64,000 bases of DNA from Escherichia coli (GTDB taxonomy: Bacteria > Pseudomonadota > Gammaproteobacteria > Enterobacterales > Enterobacteriaceae), in NCBI RefSeq assembly GCF_003334315.1, contig NZ_QOWR01000012.1; one strand, 5' to 3'. Position 1 is the stretch's first letter. The number at the start of each line of letters is the position of its first letter. Of this stretch, positions 13,543 through 29,751 are shown piece by piece. A program made the translations under genes and the position numbers. The notes under the pieces are model-generated. The model did no database searches and had not been told where the DNA came from. It was given only the letters and a program-made list of their open reading frames with translations.

Positions 13543-14668
13543 CTAATCCAGCCGACGTTTGGTTTTCAGCCACGTCAGGCCGATAAACATCACCGCCGAA
13601 GCGATCAAAAACAGCACGTTTACCACCAGCACCACTGGAATATTCCCGGCGAGGAACAGGCTTTGCAGGGTGCTGACGAAATAACGAGCGGGAATAATGT
13701 ACGTCACCGCGCGGATCACCGCGGGCATACTGTCGATCTGAAAAATAAAGCCGGAAAGCATAATCGACGGCAGAAAAGCCGCGTTCAGAGCGACCTGAGC
13801 GGCATTGAACTGGTTGCGGGTTATCGTGGAAATCAGCAGCCCCATCCCCAGGGTACTGAGTAAAAACAGGCTGGAGATAAAAAACAGAATCAGCAGCGAC
13901 CCGCGATACGGCACGCCGAGAATAAACACTGACACCAGCATACACAGCAACATCGCCAGCATCCCGAGAAAGTAATAAGGGATCAGCTTACACAGCAGCA
14001 GTTCCGTGCGGGTAATCTCCGTAGAGAGCAGAGCCTCCATGGTGCCGCGTTCCCATTCTCGCGCCACCACCAGCGAGGTGAGAATCGCGCCGATGACCGT
14101 CATGATGATGGTCACCGCACCCGGGATAATAAAGTGCTGGCTTATCGCCGCCGGGTTAAACCAGTAGCGGGTTTGTACATCAATAAGCGGTTCAAAAGTC
14201 TGCCCGTTGTCCTCCGCTCGCTGCATTTGCCAGATCTGCCAGATCCCTTCGACATACCCCTGCACAAAGTTAGCGGTATTCGGCTCACTGCCGTCGGTGA
14301 TCACCTGAATCGGTGCGGTGGCGTTGGCGCGCTCCATCTGTTCCGCAAAATCCACCGGAATAACCACCAGACCGCGAATTTTCCCCGCCTGCATTTTGGC
14401 GATCAGTTCCTGACGGTTATCGCTGATGGTGGCGTCGATGTAGGGCGAACCGGTCATGGTGTGGGTGAAATCCAGCGCCGCTTCGCTACGCTGTTCCAGT
14501 AAAATCCCGACCCGCAGCTTGCTGGAGTCGAGGTTAATGCCGTAACCAAAAATAAACAGCAGTAGCAGCGGGATCACTACCGCAATCAGCCAGCTACTCG
14601 GATCGCGAACGATCTGCCGCGTCTCTTTAACGCACAGCGCCCGTACGCGACGCCAGGACAGGATCGGG

Positions 14669-14676
<8 letters not shown>
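13543..14676 (-). CDS. ybhS: ABC-2 family exporter permease YbhS
   Basis: 377-aa membrane ORF, paralogous to YbhR. Confidence 0.9.
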
Positions 14677-18067
<3,391 letters not shown>

Positions 18068-18080
18068 CGCACAGTCCATT

Positions 18081-18102
18081 CTTAATCAAATGATTGATTA
18101 AG
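18081..18102. promoter_or_regulatory. Perfect 9-bp-arm palindrome, candidate CecR (TetR-type) operator
   Basis: CTTAATCAAatgaTTGATTAAG, 14 nt upstream of the cecR start codon. Confidence 0.5.
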
Positions 18103-18295
18103 ATTATGACTCCATAGGGGAGTTGTCCAGTATGGCTAAGAATTTTAGCAACGCCAGTCACAGGGATAATTTATGCGCTGCGTCACAAAAACTGCTACAC
18201 TCCGCTCCCTCATGACATTGTGGTTTTTGTCATTTTCCTTTTCAGTATCTCCCTGAAAACTACACCGGTAACGGTCGGGGCGGTTCGGAGTAGTT

Positions 18296-19660
18296 ATGTC
18301 TTTCGATTCTTTGGGTTTAAGCCCTGATATCCTGCGCGCCGTTGCCGAGCAGGGTTACCGTGAACCCACCCCTATTCAGCAGCAGGCGATCCCTGCGGTG
18401 CTGGAAGGCCGCGACCTGATGGCTAGCGCCCAGACCGGCACCGGCAAAACAGCGGGCTTTACGCTGCCGCTGTTGCAACACCTGATCACTCGCCAGCCGC
18501 ACGCCAAAGGGCGTCGTCCGGTACGTGCGCTCATTCTTACCCCGACCCGTGAACTGGCGGCGCAGATTGGCGAAAACGTCCGTGATTACAGCAAATACCT
18601 GAACATTCGTTCGCTGGTGGTGTTTGGTGGTGTGAGTATTAACCCGCAGATGATGAAACTGCGTGGCGGCGTTGATGTGCTGGTGGCAACCCCGGGACGT
18701 TTGCTGGACCTGGAACATCAGAATGCAGTGAAGCTGGATCAGGTTGAAATCCTCGTCCTCGATGAAGCTGACCGCATGCTCGACATGGGCTTTATCCACG
18801 ATATCCGTCGCGTGTTAACAAAACTACCTGCGAAGCGCCAGAACCTGTTATTCTCCGCGACCTTCTCTGACGATATTAAAGCCCTGGCGGAAAAACTGTT
18901 GCACAACCCGCTGGAAATCGAAGTGGCACGCCGCAATACCGCGTCTGATCAGGTGACCCAGCACGTTCACTTTGTCGATAAGAAACGCAAACGCGAATTG
19001 CTGTCGCACATGATTGGGAAAGGGAACTGGCAGCAGGTGCTGGTGTTTACCCGTACCAAACACGGCGCTAACCATCTGGCTGAACAGCTCAATAAAGATG
19101 GCATCCGTAGTGCGGCGATCCACGGCAATAAATCGCAAGGTGCGCGTACTCGTGCGCTGGCTGATTTTAAATCGGGCGATATTCGTGTACTGGTGGCAAC
19201 TGACATCGCTGCGCGCGGCCTGGATATTGAAGAGCTGCCGCACGTCGTCAACTATGAACTGCCAAACGTACCGGAAGATTATGTCCACCGTATCGGGCGT
19301 ACCGGTCGCGCGGCTGCTACCGGTGAAGCGTTGTCGCTGGTGTGTGTTGATGAACACAAACTGCTGCGTGATATCGAAAAACTGCTGAAAAAAGAGATCC
19401 CGCGCATTGCGATTCCGGGCTATGAGCCGGACCCGTCAATCAAAGCCGAACCGATCCAGAACGGTCGCCAGCAACGTGGCGGCGGCGGTCGTGGGCAAGG
19501 TGGTGGTCGCGGTCAACAGCAACCACGCCGTGGGGAAGGTGGCGCAAAATCTGCAAGCGCGAAACCTGCAGAAAAACCGTCTCGCCGCCTCGGCGATGCC
19601 AAACCGGCAGGCGAACAACAACGTCGCCGCCGTCCGCGTAAACCTGCCGCTGCGCAGTAA
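18296..19660 (+). CDS. rhlE: ATP-dependent DEAD-box RNA helicase RhlE
   Basis: Q-motif, Walker [13 protein letters not shown] box, SAT; RG-rich basic C-terminal tail; 454 aa. Confidence 0.95.
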
Positions 19661-19715
19661 TCTTTTATGCCGGGCTATGCCCGGCATCAGGCTGATGAAC
19701 AAACGCAAAACTGTC

Positions 19716-19815
<100 letters not shown>

Positions 19816-19891
19816 ACAACAAGCACTTGTCAGCAATTTGAGAACACGGGAAAAAATTTATCTGTTTTACCGCCCATAAGCCACCGAGACG

Positions 19892-20374
19892 TTACTTCTC
19901 TATAGCCAATTGTTCGCGCAACTCCATTAAAAGGTAGCCCAGTCGATTCTTGCCCTTACCATTACCACCGTCTCCCCAGTAAGCATCGTTTTCCGTATGC
20001 TCAACCAGTTTTGCGGGCGCGGTTGCCTGCAAGAGCGCACGCAGTTCTGCATGCTGTTCGAATTTAGCGCGAAGTGCTTTTCGCATCACCTGTTCTTTGA
20101 CCGACTCCCAGTTTTTACGCAGAGGCTTAGAACGATCGCGCCCCATGCGTGCGGCGACCATAGGGGAAGAAACCCGACGGATCTCTTCGCGGTATTTTTC
20201 ATCAAGGAATTTTTGTGCCTGAAAATAGTGTTCTGAGGTGGGCCAGGTTTTCCCGTCAACCTTGATGGGCCAGGCGGCAAAGTTAGAAAAATCACCGTAG
20301 TCATCGCTGGTGCTGTAGAAATTTATGATGGTGTCTTGCATGACGTGTTGGATCCTTTGTGCTCGAACGGGCAT
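19892..20374 (-). CDS. ybiA: NADAR/DUF1768-family N-glycosidase YbiA
   Basis: 160-aa ORF, sequence recognised. Confidence 0.88.
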   Translation of the reverse strand: MPVRAQRIQHVMQDTIINFYSTSDDYGDFSNFAAWPIKVDGKTWPTSEHYFQAQKFLDEKYREEIRRVSSPMVAARMGRDRSKPLRKNWESVKEQVMRKALRAKFEQHAELRALLQATAPAKLVEHTENDAYWGDGGNGKGKNRLGYLLMELREQLAIEK

Positions 20375-20459
20375 TAAACCGCATTATGTTGGTGGTTATT
20401 GCGAGCCGCTTTCCAGAAACAGAAAAACCATTACCCCTGAAAACCGAAAAATGCCACAA

Positions 20460-20479
20460 TATTGGCTGTTTATACAGTA
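20460..20479 (+). promoter_or_regulatory. LexA box of dinG (non-canonical left half-site)
   Basis: tattggctgtttatACAGta; right half matches the SOS consensus; directly upstream of the dinG start. Confidence 0.75.
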
Positions 20480-20493
20480 TTTCAGGTTTTCTC

Positions 20494-22644
20494 ATGGCAT
20501 TAACCGCCGCGCTTAAAGCGCAAATTGCCGCCTGGTATAAGGCGCTTCAGGAACAGATCCCCGACTTTATTCCCCGTGCGCCGCAGCGGCAGATGATTGC
20601 GGACGTCGCCAAAACGCTGGCCGGAGAAGAAGGGCGGCATCTGGCGATTGAAGCCCCCACCGGCGTTGGGAAAACGCTCTCCTATTTGATCCCCGGCATC
20701 GCCATTGCCCGCGAAGAGCAAAAAACGCTGGTGGTGAGTACCGCCAACGTGGCGTTGCAGGATCAGATTTACAGCAAAGATTTACCGCTGCTGAAAAAGA
20801 TCATTCCCGATCTTAAATTCACTGCCGCTTTTGGGCGTGGGCGCTACGTTTGCCCGCGTAATCTGACGGCGCTCGCCAGCACTGAGCCCACGCAACAGGA
20901 TCTGCTGGCGTTTCTTGACGACGAACTGACGCCAAATAATCAGGAAGAGCAAAAACGTTGTGCGAAGCTGAAGGGCGATCTCGACACTTATAAATGGGAT
21001 GGTCTGCGCGATCATACTGATATCGCTATAGATGACGATCTCTGGCGTCGTTTAAGTACCGACAAAGCCAGCTGCCTCAACCGCAACTGTTACTACTATC
21101 GTGAATGCCCGTTTTTTGTTGCTCGTCGGGAGATTCAGGAAGCGGAAGTGGTGGTGGCAAACCATGCGCTGGTGATGGCGGCGATGGAAAGCGAAGCGGT
21201 ATTGCCTGACCCGAAAAATTTACTGCTGGTGCTGGACGAAGGCCATCACCTGCCGGATGTGGCGCGGGATGCGCTTGAGATGAGCGCCGAAATCACCGCG
21301 CCGTGGTATCGGCTACAGCTGGACTTGTTCACGAAACTGGTCGCTACCTGCATGGAGCAGTTTCGCCCGAAGACCATCCCACCGCTGGCGATCCCTGAAC
21401 GTTTGAATGCGCATTGTGAAGAGTTGTATGAGCTTATCGCCTCGTTAAACAACATTCTCAATCTCTACATGCCTGCCGGGCAGGAGGCAGAGCACCGTTT
21501 TGCGATGGGCGAACTGCCAGATGAAGTGCTGGAGATCTGCCAGCGGCTGGCAAAACTCACCGAGATGCTGCGTGGCCTGGCGGAGTTATTTCTTAACGAT
21601 TTAAGTGAGAAAACCGGCAGCCATGACATTGTACGTCTGCATCGGTTGATTTTGCAGATGAACCGCGCGTTGGGGATGTTCGAGGCGCAAAGCAAACTCT
21701 GGCGGCTGGCTTCGCTGGCGCAATCTTCCGGTGCACCGGTGACCAAATGGGCGACGCGGGAAGAGCGCGAAGGGCAGCTACACCTCTGGTTTCACTGCGT
21801 GGGAATACGTGTCAGCGATCAGCTGGAAAGGCTGCTGTGGCGCAGTATTCCGCACATTATTGTCACCTCCGCAACCTTGCGTTCGCTGAACAGTTTTTCG
21901 CGTTTGCAGGAGATGAGTGGTCTGAAAGAGAAAGCGGGCGACCGTTTTGTGGCGCTGGATTCCCCCTTTAACCACTGCGAACAGGGCAAAATTGTTATTC
22001 CCCGGATGCGCGTTGAGCCTTCCATCGACAACGAAGAGCAGCATATTGCCGAAATGGCGGCCTTTTTCCGTAAGCAGGTGGAGAGCAAAAAACATCTCGG
22101 TATGTTGGTACTGTTTGCCAGCGGACGGGCGATGCAGCGCTTTCTCGACTATGTGACGGATTTACGTCTGATGTTGCTGGTTCAGGGCGATCAGCCGCGT
22201 TACCGTTTAGTTGAACTGCACCGCAAACGCGTCGCCAACGGTGAGCGCAGCGTGCTGGTGGGCTTACAGTCATTTGCCGAAGGGCTTGATTTGAAAGGTG
22301 ATCTGCTCAGCCAGGTGCATATCCACAAAATCGCTTTTCCGCCCATCGACAGCCCGGTGGTGATCACCGAAGGGGAATGGCTGAAAAGCCTCAACCGCTA
22401 TCCGTTTGAGGTGCAAAGCCTGCCGAGCGCCTCGTTTAACCTGATTCAGCAGGTTGGGCGACTGATTCGAAGCCACGGTTGCTGGGGCGAAGTGGTTATC
22501 TACGACAAACGCTTGCTGACCAAAAATTATGGCAAGCGACTACTGGATGCATTACCGGTATTTCCGATAGAGCAACCGGAAGTCCCTGAAGGTATAGTTA
22601 AAAAGAAAGAAAAAACGAAATCCCCACGCCGTCGGCGGCGTTAA
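20494..22644 (+). CDS. dinG: ATP-dependent DNA helicase DinG (Fe-S, XPD-like)
   Basis: Start MALTAALKAQ (716 aa); Walker A APTGVGKT; DEGH motif. Confidence 0.93.
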   Translation: MALTAALKAQIAAWYKALQEQIPDFIPRAPQRQMIADVAKTLAGEEGRHLAIEAPTGVGKTLSYLIPGIAIAREEQKTLVVSTANVALQDQIYSKDLPLLKKIIPDLKFTAAFGRGRYVCPRNLTALASTEPTQQDLLAFLDDELTPNNQEEQKRCAKLKGDLDTYKWDGLRDHTDIAIDDDLWRRLSTDKASCLNRNCYYYRECPFFVARREIQEAEVVVANHALVMAAMESEAVLPDPKNLLLVLDEGHHLPDVARDALEMSAEITAPWYRLQLDLFTKLVATCMEQFRPKTIPPLAIPERLNAHCEELYELIASLNNILNLYMPAGQEAEHRFAMGELPDEVLEICQRLAKLTEMLRGLAELFLNDLSEKTGSHDIVRLHRLILQMNRALGMFEAQSKLWRLASLAQSSGAPVTKWATREEREGQLHLWFHCVGIRVSDQLERLLWRSIPHIIVTSATLRSLNSFSRLQEMSGLKEKAGDRFVALDSPFNHCEQGKIVIPRMRVEPSIDNEEQHIAEMAAFFRKQVESKKHLGMLVLFASGRAMQRFLDYVTDLRLMLLVQGDQPRYRLVELHRKRVANGERSVLVGLQSFAEGLDLKGDLLSQVHIHKIAFPPIDSPVVITEGEWLKSLNRYPFEVQSLPSASFNLIQQVGRLIRSHGCWGEVVIYDKRLLTKNYGKRLLDALPVFPIEQPEVPEGIVKKKEKTKSPRRRRR

Positions 22645-22671
22645 TGATGTGAGTCAGGTAAGGAGTCGTAA

Positions 22672-23634
<963 letters not shown>

Positions 23635-23640
23635 TTCTTT

Positions 23641-23717
<77 letters not shown>

Positions 23718-23762
23718 ACGCCCGGCGTGCAGCATAAAAATACAACAAACACATAACATAAA

Positions 23763-24860
<1,098 letters not shown>

Positions 24861-24964
24861 AAAAAGCCCGTCCAGTGGCGGACGGGCAAACAAGGGTAAC
24901 ATAGGATCAATGAGGGTTAGAGCATATGCGTCTGTCGGCAAACAGACAGGGAAATACTTGTGCT

Positions 24965-25085
24965 GGACGTAGCGTAAACGCCTGATCCGTCCAACGGTTC
25001 GGATTTTGTAGGCCTGATAAGACGCGGTAGCGTCGCATCAGGCATCTGTTGCCGGATGCGGCGTAAACGCCTTATCCGTCCTACG
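24965..25085. repeat. REP/BIME cluster downstream of hcxB
   Basis: Multiple REP units (gcctgataagacgcggtagcgtcgcatcaggc, gccggatgcggcgtaaacgccttatccg). Confidence 0.85.
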
Positions 25086-25087
25086 AA

Positions 25088-25348
25088 TTACTTATAAATT
25101 ACCGCAGTACCGCTTAATTTATTGTTGTTGGTGGCGGAAGTGATGCTGTATCCACTGGCACCGGCTGCCGCGGCTTTCTCAGCCAGTTTCGCTTCCAGGG
25201 CATCGAGGGTGGATGCGCCATCGGCAGAAACCACGCCGATTTTATTCATGTTCTGTGCCTGGGATGCCGTTACCGGTTCCGCCGCGAACACGCCAAATGA
25301 CAGAGTTGAAAGAGCCATAGCAGCAACAACAGTATTGATAGTTTTCAT
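25088..25348 (-). CDS. ybiJ: DUF1471 (YhcN/BhsA family) secreted protein YbiJ
   Basis: 86 aa with signal peptide; paralogous to McbA. Confidence 0.88.
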   Translation of the reverse strand: MKTINTVVAAMALSTLSFGVFAAEPVTASQAQNMNKIGVVSADGASTLDALEAKLAEKAAAAGASGYSITSATNNNKLSGTAVIYK

Positions 25349-25612
25349 AATTAATCTCTCGCAGGTGATTTTTGTATAAGTGACGTTGTTTCGTCGATGT
25401 GATGAGTATCACGTTTTTTTACGAGAGATAAAATCGAAGAGAATTGACCGCCTTGTTCAAATAAATTGATTGATATCTAACCTACTGATAAACCATTTAT
25501 TTGTTGTACTTATGAACTTGTTTTATACCGCGTGGCAGTCACAGCAGCGTTAAAGGCACGGAATGACACGCAAAATACAAATTATACTCGCTATGCATCT
25601 CGCCAGTTGTAG

Positions 25613-25879
25613 TTAACGTAACTGGCTGTCTTTCGAACCTCTGCGATTATATCCTGTATAAGCTGGTTTTTGTAAATCTTTCTCCTGCTGACAATGAATA
25701 CATAAGCGCACGCCAGGAATGGCTTCCCGACGGGCCTGCGGGATGGGGGCACCGCACTCTTCACATTCATCCAAGCTTTCGCCGCGCGGAATTTCACCCC
25801 GAGCGCGGGCAATCGCATCTTCAATTGTACTGTTGATCTGTTCGTTGACGGCGTCATCGTTAGCCCAACCGGATGCCAT
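25613..25879 (-). CDS. ybiI: DksA/TraR-family C4 zinc-finger protein YbiI
   Basis: 88 aa; CxxC...CxxC motif (CEECG...CIHCQ). Confidence 0.88.
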   Translation of the reverse strand: MASGWANDDAVNEQINSTIEDAIARARGEIPRGESLDECEECGAPIPQARREAIPGVRLCIHCQQEKDLQKPAYTGYNRRGSKDSQLR

Positions 25880-25952
25880 ATCGACCTCCCCATATCAATA
25901 CTTGTACAGTTAAGTGTAGCTAATCCAGGGACGAACTCGGGCAGTTCAAGCA

Positions 25953-26630
25953 TCAGATCTCCGACCATTCCCGCAGCAGATTATGATAAAGATTAAGCAG
26001 CGACAGGATCTCTTCACTTTCGCCGTAGCGGCTTTTCAGCGACTGAATATTGTTGTCCAGTTCAAACAGCATGGCGCGCTTTTTATCATCGCGGATCATC
26101 GACTGGATCCACATAAATGATGCCACTCGTACGCCGCGGGTTACGGGTGTCACGCAATGCAGGCTGCTGGAGGGATACAACACGAGATCGCCTGCCGGGA
26201 GTTTTACCCGATGTTGTCCGAAGGTGTCATTAACGACCAGTTCGCCGCCGTCGTAGCTTTGTGGATCGCTTAAAAACAGCGTGGCAGAAAGGTCAGTACG
26301 CATCCAGCCGTTTTGTGGATGGCTGCGTACTGCGCCATCCACATGGAAACCATAGGTTTCATTGTTCTGATAGCGATTAAACAGCGGCGTGGAAAGGGTA
26401 CGCGGCAAGGCCGCGGCAAAGAATAAAGCATGTTGGTTAACCGCGTTCAGCACCTCATTTTGCAGGGCGGCGTATAACGTGCTGCGGGTGTCGACCTGTT
26501 GATTGTTCTTAACTTGCGCACCTTGTGCGCCGGTGGTGACGCGTCCATCCACCCATTCGGCTTGTTCCAGTTGTTCGCGAAAACGAGCGACGTCCTGTGG
26601 CGATAACACGCCGGGAATGTGGTACATCAT
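25953..26630 (-). CDS. ybiX: PKHD-type Fe(II)/2-oxoglutarate hydroxylase YbiX
   Basis: ORF 25953-26666; likely start [10 protein letters not shown] (225 aa). Confidence 0.85.
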
Positions 26631-26671
26631 ACAATTTCTCCAAAAAGTGGGGCCTGCGCCCCACATCTGAA

Positions 26672-28954
26672 TCAGAAATGCATATTGGCTGTGAGCAAGA
26701 AGGTTCTTGGCTCGCCCGGGTGATAACGGTAGCCGCTCTTGTTGATTGAGGCGACGTAATCGGTATCAAACAGGTTGTAAACGTTTAGCTGGAAGTCGAG
26801 ATTGCGATTAACTCGATACCCCAGTTTGGCATCGGCGACCCAGTAACCTTCGGTAAACGCTGGCGTTCCCACCGCGCCGTCTGAACCTTTATGCATACTG
26901 CCGATATAGCGTGCGCCCGCGCCAACAGAGATATCGTCGGTTGCCTGATATTGGCTCCATAAGGTGAAGGCGTGCTCCGGGGTATACGGCAGCGATGAGG
27001 AACCATCCTGGGCAACATCTTTGCCGTTTTTGATGGTTGCTTTTTGCTGGGTATAGCCGCCAATCACCTGCCACGCGGGAGTGATATTCCCGGCCACGGA
27101 TATCTCATAGCCTTCGACGCGTTTCTTACCGTATTGCGAGTAAGTTCCGTCATCATTTTGCTCAACTTCATTTTCGATATCAGTGCGGAACAGCGCGGCG
27201 GTGAGCAACAGACGTTTATCCAGAACCTGCCATTTGGTGCCAATCTCGCTGGTGTTGGCTTTTTGCGGTTTAAAATCGGTGCGGTTGGCACTGTTACCGC
27301 TGCCAGACTGCGCAAGGGCGAAGTTGTTGCCGCCCGGAGGCTGCTGGGAAACGGCATAGTTAATATAGACATTGCCGTTTTCCGTCAGGTGATACAGCGC
27401 CCCGGCTTTCCAGTTCATCAGATTGCCCGACTTGGCGGTGTCGACGGTGGTGACCGGAGAACCTTTTGCCACACCAGTTGGGCAGGTGATGGCACCGCGT
27501 CCGCTGCCGCCGCAGGCGGTGGCACTGTCATATTCAGTATGATAATTATCCAGACGGATCCCGCCGTTCAGCTCAAAATCACGGGTGATTTGCAGCGTAT
27601 CAAAGGCGTAAATTGCGAAGGTATCCGTCTGACCATTGGCGTTTGCGCCGTTGCGCGTCAGGCCGCCGGGATGAATGCTGCTGTCAGGATGATAAATATT
27701 TACCGCGGGTAACGTCACCGGATTAACGCCGTAGTTAGTCTGCGTTTCACGGGTAAATTCCACGCCGGTACTGACATCATGACCGATAGAACCGGTATAG
27801 AACGTCGAGGTCAGGTTGGTCTGGTTGGTGAGAATTTTATTACTCACATCTTTGGTATTCGCCGTGCGTGACCAGGTCCAGCTATTCACATCGCTGGTGG
27901 GCTGAGTAATATTCGACGCCCCGCCCATAATCGCCGTCATCAGGTAATCCTGCTTTACGCGCGACCAACGGGTAGTATTGCGAATGGTGGTGTTATCGTT
28001 GATGTCGTGCTCAAAACGCATGGTGGCGGTGTCGGTGGTCGAATCGTCGTAATCGGAATCCGTGCCGTAAAAGTTATGAGTATCAACTTTTCCGGAATGA
28101 TTCAGGGCCGCCGTTCCCGCAGATGGGGCAGAATAGCCCGGCAAACCGATGGTCGGAATGCCGCCGTCTGGCGTGTTGTGCTGGGTGACATGCAGATAAT
28201 TAAGATACAAACGATTCGCTGTACCAAGGCCAAAAGCGACAGAAGGGGCGACGCCGTAACGCTCATTTTTGACTTTGTCGCGTCAGGCATCGTGCGTTTT
28301 TTCGCCCATTACATTCAGGCGCACCGCGGTGGTATCACCAATGACCTGATTGACGTCCAGCGTGCCGCGGCGGAACCAGGCGCTGCCAATACTGGCGGAG
28401 GCGTCAATGCCGGAATCATTGCGCGGCTGCTTGCTGATCATATTGATCGAGCCTGTCGGTGCGCTGCGCCCGTAGTCGGTGCCGGACGGCCCTTTAATCA
28501 CTTCGACCTGCTCGGTATTGAAGGTGTCGCGCGAGACGCTGCCGATATCGCGAATGCCATCAATATAAATACTGTTAGAGGTATCGGCACCACGCATATA
28601 AATGGCGTCGCCAGTGGTGGAGTTACCGTTCTCACCCGCAAAAAACGCACCCACGCCGGGGACGTTTTTGAGCGCGTCGGTAAGGTTGGTTGCGCCCTGA
28701 TCTTTAATCACTTGTTCAGAAATTACCGTCATCGTGCGGGTAGTATCCGCTACCGGACGCGAGAATTTCGGATCGGCAGATTGTTGTGGCGCATAAAGCG
28801 AAGGCGTTGATGCTTCGACAACCAGCGTGTCATCCGCGTTAGTTTGCTCTTCGGCGGCGAGTGCCTGAGCCACAGGCGTGATGCCAATACAAAGACCGGC
28901 AAAGAACGTGAGCGAATGAAATTGTCTGGCAGGGAAATTGCGATTGTTTTCCAT
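26672..28954 (-). pseudogene. fiu: TonB-dependent catecholate siderophore receptor Fiu, interrupted by an in-frame TGA at 28283-28285
   Basis: Two same-frame ORFs (28283-28954 and 26672-28210) separated only by a TGA codon; the total span equals one 760-codon reading frame; signal peptide and plug domain lie in the upstream piece, the beta-barrel in the downstream piece. Confidence 0.85.
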
Positions 28955-29057
28955 TTTGCAGGTGACTTTTTCTTATATGTTGAAATTTTCACTGCCACGA
29001 GAAAGCCTCTCTGCGGATGCGATGCCACTGTTAATCCCGTGATAGTGCTCGTGAAAG

Positions 29058-29082
29058 TGATAATAATTTTGATAAGCATTAT
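29058..29082. promoter_or_regulatory. Fur box in the fiu promoter
   Basis: gataataattttgataagcattatc, close match to the GATAATGATAATCATTATC iron box. Confidence 0.8.
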
Positions 29083-29218
29083 CACTTGGAGCGATTTTCT
29101 ATCACCCATTGCGCGAAAAAGAAATACATTTATTTACATTGAGTTCATATTTGATGTTTTTTGATTACAAAACAGACGAAAACTGCATCCAGAGGCGAAT
29201 GCAGTTACGTTGGTGGGG

Positions 29219-29479
29219 TTATTTGTAGATGGTTGCAGTACCGAACATCTGGTCATTTCCGCCTGCGGAATTAATGACATAACCTTTCGCGCCTTGTTCG
29301 CGCGCTTTTTCTGCCAGTTTATCCTCCAGATCGCTTAGGTTTGATGCGCCAGTTGCCGAAACGGTACCGGCGGGCCGTAGCTGACCGCTGTCCAGGTTAC
29401 TCATCGGTTGCGCGGCATAAGCCGTGAGAGAGATTCCGCTCAGGACGGTGGCAATCAGTAGTGTGAGGCACTTTTTCAT
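29219..29479 (-). CDS. mcbA: DUF1471 periplasmic protein McbA (YbiM)
   Basis: Start MKKCLTLLIATVLSG (86 aa); signal peptide. Confidence 0.85.
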   Translation of the reverse strand: MKKCLTLLIATVLSGISLTAYAAQPMSNLDSGQLRPAGTVSATGASNLSDLEDKLAEKAREQGAKGYVINSAGGNDQMFGTATIYK

Positions 29480-29751
29480 AATGACATCCTCATAAATACA
29501 ACGGGTAGTGCCTGATAAGTGTAGGTCGCCTGCGCGATGCAAATGACGCAAAAAATTGACAGAGATGTGCTTATTTTTTGAACGATATATTTTTACAAAA
29601 TAAGACAAATCAATGACATGCATAATGCTGATTTTTATGATGAATTGCCATAAACCATAGCCATGTTAAGGTTTTGGGGAATGATAAACGCAGCCAGATA
29701 TTTACCCTGTCGCGTTATGCGGGTATCTTACGCCGCTGCTTAAAGGAGAAT

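Noticed and set aside
25619-25635. Fourth copy of the TTTCGAA motif inside the ybiI 3' end (tctttcgaacctc)
   Set aside because: Only 7 of 14 positions match and it lies inside a coding region, so it is consistent with chance. A second partial match, gttcgaatgg inside ybiT around 44588, was rejected for the same reason.
28283-28285. TGA in fiu as a selenocysteine or programmed-readthrough codon
   Set aside because: Fiu is not a selenoprotein, there is no obvious SECIS-like hairpin directly downstream, and a simple nonsense mutation explains the data.
28007-28810. 267-aa plus-strand ORF (and similar long antisense ORFs inside ybiW, ybhF, ybiO, dinG)
   Set aside because: Lies entirely antisense to well-supported genes; translations are Arg/Gly/Ala-rich, as expected from GC-biased antisense frames; no RBS.
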